64,000 nt of DNA from Bdellovibrionales bacterium (GTDB taxonomy: Bacteria; Bdellovibrionota; Bdellovibrionia; Bdellovibrionales; UBA1609). Below are positions 56,401-64,000 of this stretch, one piece after another. The notes beneath the pieces are model-generated. The model searched no databases. It was not told the origin of the DNA and saw only the letters and a program-made list of their open reading frames with translations. Each line of letters starts with the position of its first letter. Positions within the stretch are counted from its first letter, which is position 1. The position numbers were made by a program, and so were the translations under genes. The DNA lies in assembly GCA_965203095.1 (NCBI GenBank), contig OZ241877.1:288001-352000 (forward strand). The letters are read 5' to 3'.

Positions 56401-57951
56401 TTAAGGATTCTTTCTCACCTTAGTAAGGGATAAAAAATCCCCATTGGTTCTCAATTTATACCCCTCAATATTTTTTCCTACAATAGAAATATCCATATCA
56501 TGCCACAAAGGGATCAAGGCCAAATCTTGAGAGACAAGAGATTGAACTTGATCATAAATGAGCTTTCTTTTCTCTCTATTAGGCTCTCTAAGGCCCTGAT
56601 CCAAAAGCCGATCCAATGTGGGATTTTTATAAAAACTTCGGTTTCGCCCACGAGGAGGTATATTCTCACTGTGAAGGGATAGGCGATAAATATCGGGGTC
56701 AAGAACACCTATCCACTTCATTAAAGCCAACTCATAAGCCCCTTGCCCTACATCTTTATAAAAAGCTCCCCACTCATGGGTCAGAAGTGAAATCTTTAAA
56801 CCGGTTTGACTCAGCTGGCTGGCCAAAACTCTGGCTTGGTTTACTGTTTCCTGATTATTAGAACAACTGAGTTGAAGACGAGTCTCTTCCTGCAAAAACA
56901 AACGGCTGACAATAGCTTTTGCCTTTTGGAGATCAAAAACAAGAGGGGCCATATCCTTATTAAAAAAATAACTTCCCGGAGGAATTAAGGAGCGGGCCGG
57001 CTCAGCATAACTTTTAAGTTTATATTTTATAATCTCCTTCCGATTAAGAGATAGCGAAAGGGCCTCACGAAGCTCCCGATTTTTAAGAAGATCATGTTTT
57101 AAGTTAATGAGCAAATAAGTTGTGGAAAAACTGGGTTTTGAAAAAACACGAAACAGCTCCTTTTGCCTTTGAAATTTATAGATTTTTTGTAAGGGAATTA
57201 CAGAAGGGGCTATATCCACCGCTTGGGAAAGCATAAGTTGAGTTCGGGTCAGACTGTCCCTTATGATTTGAAAAGAAATATGTTTTGGAAAAAATGGTGG
57301 GGCCGGGCGAACTCTCTCTAAAAGAATTTCCCGAAAATCATTTTTAATAGCTTTAAAATCTCCAGTTCCCCAAGGTGTTTTTTGAAATTTTTCTGGAGAT
57401 TTTAAAATTTCTTGTTTAGGCAAAATTTTTAAAACAGGCAAATCGGCAGAAACAAAAGGAGCTTGAAAACTTTTTAAAAAGATTTTAACAACAAAATGTT
57501 TTTGGCTTTTTATGTTAGCAGAAGAGCTTGTGTTATCTTCATTTTTAAAGTCCTGCTCCTTAACTTCCACAAGCTGGATGTTTTTAAAAGCAGAGTGAAA
57601 AGGAGAGCTTTTTTTTTGAAACTCCTTAAAACTGAAGAGTATGTCCTCTTTGCTAACAAGACGACCATTAGAAAATCGCAAATTGGGTTTTAGATAAAAA
57701 AATCCCTCTTGGCCCTTAAACTCCCAGCGATAAGCCAGATCCGGCTCGGCCTTCCCTGGCTCCCCTACCCGAACCAAGCCATTAAATATCAAAGATAAAA
57801 TACGTTGGCCATTGGCCTCCGTCCCCTTTCGTGGATCCAAAGTGGGAGGACGGGCATTTATAGCCACCCGCAAAATGTCTTTTTCTGGCTCTTTTGGTGC
57901 ACAGGAAGACAAAAAAATAAAAATGGCCAAAGCACTGTGTTTAAGTATCAT
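56401..57951 (-). CDS. ABC transporter substrate-binding lipoprotein, family 5 (peptide/nickel)
   Basis: Lipobox LSSC, TLDP, IFNGLV, PDLA..W, GRNR.FY.N. Confidence 0.88.
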   Translation of the reverse strand: MILKHSALAIFIFLSSCAPKEPEKDILRVAINARPPTLDPRKGTEANGQRILSLIFNGLVRVGEPGKAEPDLAYRWEFKGQEGFFYLKPNLRFSNGRLVSKEDILFSFKEFQKKSSPFHSAFKNIQLVEVKEQDFKNEDNTSSSANIKSQKHFVVKIFLKSFQAPFVSADLPVLKILPKQEILKSPEKFQKTPWGTGDFKAIKNDFREILLERVRPAPPFFPKHISFQIIRDSLTRTQLMLSQAVDIAPSVIPLQKIYKFQRQKELFRVFSKPSFSTTYLLINLKHDLLKNRELREALSLSLNRKEIIKYKLKSYAEPARSLIPPGSYFFNKDMAPLVFDLQKAKAIVSRLFLQEETRLQLSCSNNQETVNQARVLASQLSQTGLKISLLTHEWGAFYKDVGQGAYELALMKWIGVLDPDIYRLSLHSENIPPRGRNRSFYKNPTLDRLLDQGLREPNREKRKLIYDQVQSLVSQDLALIPLWHDMDISIVGKNIEGYKLRTNGDFLSLTKVRKNP

Positions 57952-58077
57952 TATGATTTTGCAGAGTTGGTTTATACTCTTATCAAATTATCTTATAAAA
58001 ATCAAGAGAATAATTAATCCTCTATGAAAAAGCCTACATCAACCATTTTCACTTTCTGTTTTTTCAGAGGCCATCTT

Positions 58078-58593
58078 GTGGAAAACTATCTTTTTAACTG
58101 CTTTTATCTAAAGGCCACAGCATGAGGGGCCAAGGTGTTGCCGTCCCGAAATGCTGGGGCCTTTAGATAAAGAAATTGAAGAATAATGCTTTTTAACAAG
58201 GTTTTTCAAAGGAGAATAATCCAGTGGCCTGTGAAAAAGTTGGGCCAAAAGCCCACTGGGTTTTTCAGCTGGACCTTGTTAAGCTTTCGGCTGGACCTTG
58301 CTAAGCTTTCGGCTGGACCTTACTAAGCTTTCAGCTGGACCTTGTTAAGCTTTCGGCTTGCCCCCAGCAAGCCTCAATCCCGTCGACTCAGTCATTCCCG
58401 TGAAAACGGGAATCCAGAAAAGCCTTGACTTAAAGACTAAAAAGGGACACAAATAAACTAAGCTTGTGTCCCGTGAAAAAGCTCTGTCCTTTATCGCATA
58501 AGCAAAAGCCAGCGGTGAGGGTCCAAGGTGTTTTTCCCGCGAACAAGATGGACTTTTGCTTATGCGATCCATTAAATGTAGACTTTTTCACAA
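58078..58593. repeat. cluster of REP/MITE-like elements
   Basis: Hairpins 58103-58171 and 58493-58568, ATTCCC-N8-GGGAAT at 58394-58413, GTGAAAAAG/CTTTTTCAC ends. Confidence 0.75.
58268..58355 (+). repeat. 22-bp tandem repeat, 4 copies
   Basis: gctggacctt(g/a)(t/c)taagctttc(g/a) four times with no spacers. Confidence 0.92.
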
Positions 58594-58628
58594 GCTACTA
58601 AGATTTTTTAAAAAGGATTTTGGCTATA

Positions 58629-60029
58629 ATGCTTAAAAAATTTTTGTTTTTTATATTTCTCAGTGCTAATGGCTTTTCAACTTATGCTGAATTGGATTTG
58701 GCCAAACAAGTAGAAAAAAAAATCAAAACTCAATCTTTTAAAAAAAACTCACTCACTTTAATTATTTCTAAAATACAAACTGACAACAAAATTATTCCCA
58801 TCTACAGCCTTAACGAAAAAAACCTTTTCGCCCCTGCCTCTCTTGTAAAAATTGCTGTTTTGTCCGCCTTATATCACTATTACCCTTTAGATTACACTTT
58901 TAAAACTTCCTTTCTCTCCTCAGCCATTATAAAAGAGGGAACACTTCAAGGAGATCTGGTTTTAAAAGGAGGAGGGGATCCCGGCTTCACTTCAGAGAGT
59001 TTATGGAATTTAGTTAATGTTTTGACTCGATCCCATATTAAAAAAATCAAAGGGGATCTGCTTGTGGATGCAAGCCTCTATACTAAAAAGCTCAACCGGC
59101 CCCCTTCTGAAAGAAGTTATAATGCTCCAGTTAGTGCCAGCAGTTTTAACTGGAATTCCACAGCTTTTTACATTCGCCCAGCAAAAACTTTAAAAGCCCC
59201 TGCCACTGTATTTGCAGATCCGGAAAACTCTTATATCCAAATAATAAATAACAGCCGAACGGGGAAGAAAAATACCATTACTGTTAAAAGGCGGGCCATT
59301 TCTTCCACAAAAGAAGTTTTTGAAATCAAAGGGGAAATTGACATTCAAAAAAAGGAAATTATCAAATACCGAAATATCACTCAACCGGCTTTTTGGATGG
59401 GGCAAAATGCTCTATCTTTTTTAAAACAAAGGGGGATTATTGTGTCCGGAGAGGTCAAAACTGGGGCTTGTTCCGGCACTTGCAAAACTTTGGCAGAATG
59501 GGAGAGTTGGCCTTTTGCCTTTCACTCTTACAACTTGATGAAATACTCCAGCAACTTTATAGCTAAAATGCTGGTCAGCCATCTTCCCTTGTTAGATGGG
59601 AAGTCTAAAGGCGATCTCAAAGAGGGGATGAAAAAATTGCGAAACTATCTCCAACAGGTTGAGGGGATCCAAAACTTTCGTCTCGAAGAACCTTCTGGCC
59701 TCAGTCGGAAAAATCGCATGGCCTCAAAAGATCTGTTAAAACTTCTTATCCGTTCTCGTAAAGCTTTTTATGGTCCGGAAATGTTATTTTCCTATCCTCT
59801 ATCTAAAGGGAAAGGCACTTTAAACAAAAGATTTAAAGATCTCTCTCCTTCCTCTTTTGTGAGGGCAAAAACAGGTTCTTTAAGTGGTGTTTTGGGTTTG
59901 GCAGGCTATGCTGGTTCTTTAAAATCAAAAGAAGTCTATGTTTTTGTTTTTATCTTTAACGGCAAAACCTCAAAAGCCCAACAAGCGGAAAAGCTTTTTG
60001 ATGAAATAGCCGGCACCCTCTCTCAATAA
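58629..60029 (+). CDS. dacB: D-Ala-D-Ala carboxypeptidase/endopeptidase PBP4
   Basis: PASLVK (SxxK), GGGDP, SSN, SGLSR, KTG. Confidence 0.92.
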   Translation: MLKKFLFFIFLSANGFSTYAELDLAKQVEKKIKTQSFKKNSLTLIISKIQTDNKIIPIYSLNEKNLFAPASLVKIAVLSALYHYYPLDYTFKTSFLSSAIIKEGTLQGDLVLKGGGDPGFTSESLWNLVNVLTRSHIKKIKGDLLVDASLYTKKLNRPPSERSYNAPVSASSFNWNSTAFYIRPAKTLKAPATVFADPENSYIQIINNSRTGKKNTITVKRRAISSTKEVFEIKGEIDIQKKEIIKYRNITQPAFWMGQNALSFLKQRGIIVSGEVKTGACSGTCKTLAEWESWPFAFHSYNLMKYSSNFIAKMLVSHLPLLDGKSKGDLKEGMKKLRNYLQQVEGIQNFRLEEPSGLSRKNRMASKDLLKLLIRSRKAFYGPEMLFSYPLSKGKGTLNKRFKDLSPSSFVRAKTGSLSGVLGLAGYAGSLKSKEVYVFVFIFNGKTSKAQQAEKLFDEIAGTLSQ

Positions 60030-60085
60030 ATCTCTTCCCACTTAAAACTACCCTAAACCACCATAGAATCTAAATTAAAATAGGA

Positions 60086-62830
60086 TTATTTTCCTAAAAT
60101 CTCTTCAATAATTTTATGGACTTGTCCCCCAGTAGAATCTTGAGAGATTTTGAAATGCCAATTTTGCTTTAGATCTTCGGATACCGCTTTGGTCCAGTTT
60201 TTCATAAAATCCCACTTTTGAATATCCTGTTTTTTCTTTTTTCCCTTGACTTCCAAAATCAAATGATCCCCGTTGGAAAGACGCACAATAAAATCGGGAG
60301 TGTATTTTCGCACCTTCCCCTTTTTGTCAATATACTCAATCACAAAGCCAAGATGATCATTTTTAACCCAGGCCCGGACTTCCTTATTTTTGTCCAGCTC
60401 TCTTGCATGACTATATTCCCAAGAGCTGTCCGTCACACATTGATTGGTATGGGTTTTTTTAAAAATTGCCGTTTTCTTTTTTGTCCACCATTCACCAATC
60501 TTTTTTGTTGAGGAAAACTTGGAATCTTTATCATATATAACAGATAGCTCCTCCACAGAATCCTTTTGTATTAAGCTGAAAACTTTATGGACAATCTCAT
60601 TCATTTTCATCATAACAACCAAGTCTTTTCTCTCCTCTTCATATCTTGGCTTGATCCGAAACTTTGAGGAATTGATAAATTGTTCTGTTAGTTGGAAAAT
60701 CATTCTGATAGCATGGTGTTTCAAAATTCCTTTTTTCCATTCCAGATGAAGTTTGTCATAAATCTGGCTTGTCACTCTTAAAATTAAAGTTTGCATGCGA
60801 TCCGGCTCATACTCTTTTTCAAAAAATTCTTGAAGACTTGTTAGTTCTATATTCTCATATCTTGGCTTTCCGTCAATAACAGGGGCCAGCTCTGCCAACC
60901 TTGGAATGCTGGAAACATCTACTGTGTAGGGAGGCATGCCGGAAAAATCAATTTTCAGCTCTGGCCTTAATTGATAATCCACTCTTTCTACATTGGGCCA
61001 GATGATTTCATATTGAGATCTTTCCGGTTCAGAAAAAATACAGCTTCTTGGATCCTCCTCCGGTCTCCCTGTATCACTTCCCTCTTGAGGAAGATAAGCA
61101 AAAGGAACTCCCAGAACATTTACATACTCCGGATCAAACATCCCATTTTCATTTAATTCATAAGACATTCTCCTTAAGCCTCGGCCTATTGTCTGCTCAC
61201 ACAACAACTGACTTGAAAAAGCCCTCAAACCCATAATATGAGTGACAGTCCGGCAGTTCCAGCCTTCAGAAAGCATTTGAACGGCAATCACATGATGAAT
61301 AAACTGTCCGCTGGATCCAATTTTTCCCACAGCAGAAAGCCTGCCCCGCATATCTTCATCATCTTCCATTCCAGAATAAACTTTAAGCATTTTCTCTGTT
61401 CCTTTAAAAAGGTTGGCTATGGGAATATCATTTTCTTTTAATCCCTTTTCCACTCTGTCCGCTGTTTCCTTTCTGTTCACAATAGAAATCATCACAGGTG
61501 GCACAAACTTTTTTTGATTTTTATAATGCTTTTTCCATATTTCATATTTTTTGCTCCAACTGTGGGACAGGTGCGTATAAGCCAATTTCACTATATCCGG
61601 GAAAGATTCTGTTCTTTCAGCTTTTCTGTTTAAATCCGGCTGAACCTTCTCATTTTCGTAAATATGATAAAGTTTTGGTTTTAGCCTTTTGGTGTCAGTT
61701 GAGGCATCGTCCCCAACAGCAAACTTTGGAGTTTTAACAATGCCGGCTTCAATAGCATCTGTTAGTCCAAAGTCACTCACGATCCACTCAAAAAGATTCC
61801 TCTCATCGGCAGTTTTCCCTGTGGGTGCGTAAGGGGTAGCCGAAAAATCAAACACTTGCCGAATGCCAACTGTCCGGTTCAGGCGATCCAAACCTTCAAT
61901 CCATTTTGTGGCCATTTCCAGATCGTCTTTTGTAATATCATCTGTCTTTTTTATTTTCAATTCTGCCCTTTTTCGCCAAGCATGATGAGCCTCATCATTT
62001 AAAACAATTATATTTTTTGATTTGGCAATATCCTCTAAGACTTCCCTTGCATAAGCTGTATTGCTTTTCTCTCCTCTTTTATCTGGCCCTTTTCTCTTAC
62101 GAATTTGCTCTGCTGTCTCCCACTGGAGCTGTTGCCAATTTTTTACAATTACTTTCCCTTGCCTCAGCTTGTCCTTCCATTCATTGGGAACAATTTTATA
62201 CTCCTGATAATAGTTGTTATCTCCCGAAAGCTTTAGAACACGGAGTCTGTCTCTCACTGTTAAATTGGGAGTCACAACAAAAACATTTTTTGAAAACCTT
62301 GGGTCTTTTGGGTAAGTGACTTTGTTAAGAATCTGCCAAGCAATGCTCATAGCCATTACTACTGTTTTGCCTGCACCTGTGGCCATTTTACAGCAAAGTC
62401 TATTCAGTGCCTCATCCTGCGGGATATTAAGCCCTGTTGTCATATCCTGTCGGCCTTCTATCAAAAAAATAAGGGTTTCAATAGCTTCTAACTGACAAAA
62501 AAAGAAGTCATATTTTCGGCCAGAAGTCTCTTTATTTTCATTCCAAAATTCCAAAAGTCTGCGAGTGACACCGGTCACACCGGAATAATTTTTCTTTTTC
62601 CATTCCTGCATTCTTCGCCTAATGTCATTGACAAGAGGAATTTCTTTTACCAAACCAAACTCATCGTAAGATTTGGCTTTCCCTCCGGAAATGATATAGC
62701 TTGCGGGCCTTCGGCCCTGTTTAAGCTCAAACTCTTTAATTGTTTTGTTGAATTTCCAATGCTTATCCGGTTCTTTAAAAGGCGAATTGATAATCAGCTT
62801 TTTGATTGGCTTTGGCATATTATCCTTCAA
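60086..62830 (-). CDS. res: second type III restriction enzyme Res subunit
   Basis: IINSPF.EP..HW, MATGAGKT, NDEAHH, FSATP, MLSEGW, EQTIGRGLRR, YTPDF...LEVKG. Confidence 0.9.
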   Translation of the reverse strand: MKDNMPKPIKKLIINSPFKEPDKHWKFNKTIKEFELKQGRRPASYIISGGKAKSYDEFGLVKEIPLVNDIRRRMQEWKKKNYSGVTGVTRRLLEFWNENKETSGRKYDFFFCQLEAIETLIFLIEGRQDMTTGLNIPQDEALNRLCCKMATGAGKTVVMAMSIAWQILNKVTYPKDPRFSKNVFVVTPNLTVRDRLRVLKLSGDNNYYQEYKIVPNEWKDKLRQGKVIVKNWQQLQWETAEQIRKRKGPDKRGEKSNTAYAREVLEDIAKSKNIIVLNDEAHHAWRKRAELKIKKTDDITKDDLEMATKWIEGLDRLNRTVGIRQVFDFSATPYAPTGKTADERNLFEWIVSDFGLTDAIEAGIVKTPKFAVGDDASTDTKRLKPKLYHIYENEKVQPDLNRKAERTESFPDIVKLAYTHLSHSWSKKYEIWKKHYKNQKKFVPPVMISIVNRKETADRVEKGLKENDIPIANLFKGTEKMLKVYSGMEDDEDMRGRLSAVGKIGSSGQFIHHVIAVQMLSEGWNCRTVTHIMGLRAFSSQLLCEQTIGRGLRRMSYELNENGMFDPEYVNVLGVPFAYLPQEGSDTGRPEEDPRSCIFSEPERSQYEIIWPNVERVDYQLRPELKIDFSGMPPYTVDVSSIPRLAELAPVIDGKPRYENIELTSLQEFFEKEYEPDRMQTLILRVTSQIYDKLHLEWKKGILKHHAIRMIFQLTEQFINSSKFRIKPRYEEERKDLVVMMKMNEIVHKVFSLIQKDSVEELSVIYDKDSKFSSTKKIGEWWTKKKTAIFKKTHTNQCVTDSSWEYSHARELDKNKEVRAWVKNDHLGFVIEYIDKKGKVRKYTPDFIVRLSNGDHLILEVKGKKKKQDIQKWDFMKNWTKAVSEDLKQNWHFKISQDSTGGQVHKIIEEILGK

Positions 62831-62837
62831 AAATTTT

Positions 62838-63254
62838 TTACGGGCAAGTATCCTTAGTCAGAAGATGCTGATGCTTTGTATTCTGATAAACACTTCCAGC
62901 CAAAATATGTTTAAAATCATAATGTAAATCTTTGTCTTTTGTGCATAAAACTTTTACTCGATTGGCCTTTGCCAAACCCAATATGTGAATATCATTTGAT
63001 TTGAATGTATTATTTTCCTTTAAGTCAGTTATTATTTGCTCAACTTGTTTTTTAGGAACAAGGCGTGCTTTCCCTGATTGATAATATTTTTCCAAAACTG
63101 TTCTTTGATTTTGAGTCAGCTCCTTTTGAAACAACTCATGATTGGAATAAACCAGTTTTCCATTCTTCTTTTCCAGCCATTTATGAACTGGTTGCATGGC
63201 AATTGTTTTGTTAAAAAAGTCTGGCCACATATTGATGTCCAATATCATACACAT
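62838..63254 (-). CDS. PIN-like domain protein
   Basis: MILDIN, E, SNDIHILGLA, LCTKDKDL..DFK acidic pattern typical of PIN folds. Confidence 0.65.
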   Translation of the reverse strand: MCMILDINMWPDFFNKTIAMQPVHKWLEKKNGKLVYSNHELFQKELTQNQRTVLEKYYQSGKARLVPKKQVEQIITDLKENNTFKSNDIHILGLAKANRVKVLCTKDKDLHYDFKHILAGSVYQNTKHQHLLTKDTCP

Positions 63255-63257
63255 GAC

Positions 63258-64000
63258 TTAGTCCTCAAATCCTAACAAGCGATCAGTTTCTTTGATAAAA
63301 AAATTCCTGTATCCTATGGGTGCACCAATTAAATTGCCCTGTTCGTCAATAGATATATTGCACGATTTTACTCCTCCTTTTACAGGTTCCAAATATATTA
63401 TGGAGACCTGATCAGGGGCAATTTCTCCTTTGCGAATTTCAATTCTTGTTCTGTCCAAAATATAATCACTATGAGTCTCAATTAAAAAGGAATTATTTAT
63501 TTTTGCACTTTTAACAAACAATGAAGCAAGCTCTGCTTGAGCCTCTGGATGCAAATGAACTTCTGGCTGTTGCAACAAAAACCGAGTTCCTTTTTTTCTT
63601 AATTGAATATTAGAAGTAAAAAGACGAACCAAAAGTGGAAGAATTTGACTCAAGCCATAACCGGTGTCTATGATATTGGATTCCATCCCCCTCACCTTAA
63701 ACTGCAACTGAAAGGGATCTCCTTTTGTCTTTCCAAGATTCCTGACTTTAATATCAGAAAACAAGCCGGAAACTTTTCCAAAATCAATTAAATTTTTATG
63801 GATATTTTTCCAATCCTTTATTTTTTCTTGTTTCAAATTAGAGAGAAGAACAGGGATTTCATTGCCTTCTGGGCTGGAGGATTCTTTTACCGGATTGTAT
63901 GTTCTTTGTGGTTTGGAGCGAATAGGAGCCAAGCTGAATATACTCTCTGCAAATAATTGTTTTGTCCGAGTGCGTAAATGTTTTAATTCTTCATCAAAAG
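63258..64000 (-). CDS. ABC/AAA ATPase with DUF3696-like C-terminus (5' end outside the window)
   Basis: DTGYGLSQILP signature, LLQQPEVHLHP, IETHSD; frame open to the window edge. Confidence 0.85.
   Translation of the reverse strand, partial: FDEELKHLRTRTKQLFAESIFSLAPIRSKPQRTYNPVKESSSPEGNEIPVLLSNLKQEKIKDWKNIHKNLIDFGKVSGLFSDIKVRNLGKTKGDPFQLQFKVRGMESNIIDTGYGLSQILPLLVRLFTSNIQLRKKGTRFLLQQPEVHLHPEAQAELASLFVKSAKINNSFLIETHSDYILDRTRIEIRKGEIAPDQVSIIYLEPVKGGVKSCNISIDEQGNLIGAPIGYRNFFIKETDRLLGFED

Noticed and set aside
58268..58355. CRISPR array
   Set aside because: Repeats are contiguous with no unique spacers, and no cas genes are in the window

Overview
AT-rich bacterial chromosomal window, probably from a Bdellovibrionota-like organism (inference from gene style, the fused nuoCD and the tmRNA tag). 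Housekeeping genes include cpaF/tadA, trmB, lipA, E2 acyltransferase, lysC, lysA, rpsN, infA, ftsH, glmM, grxD, pyrF, mscS, slt, tmRNA, tRNA-Glu, tRNA-Lys, nuoB, nuoCD, recG, mrp and dacB. Three accessory/defence regions interrupt them. (1) Between grxD and pyrF is a complete bacterial ubiquitination-like operon (two-domain Ubl, Ser-type E2, JAB-E1 fusion) whose Ubl ends in PTPVA with no C-terminal glycine, plus a DUF2971-like gene and an orphan HTH-methyltransferase. (2) Downstream of tmRNA are an att-bounded islet (EcsC, Rpn with an internal start), a Hailong-like pentapeptide-channel/nucleotidyltransferase pair with a coupled third gene, a type III R-M system, an SPFH gene and decayed fragments. 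(3) At the right edge, an ABC-ATPase and a PIN-like gene are coupled to a second type III Res. Non-coding highlights are a small RNA-like element with two AGGA-loop hairpins (CsrA-binding-like), a dispersed hairpin repeat family with a conserved loop and co-varying stems that supplies several gene ends, an 11-bp-phased TGTC array and paired DnaA boxes. All family assignments come from reading motifs; no database search was run.
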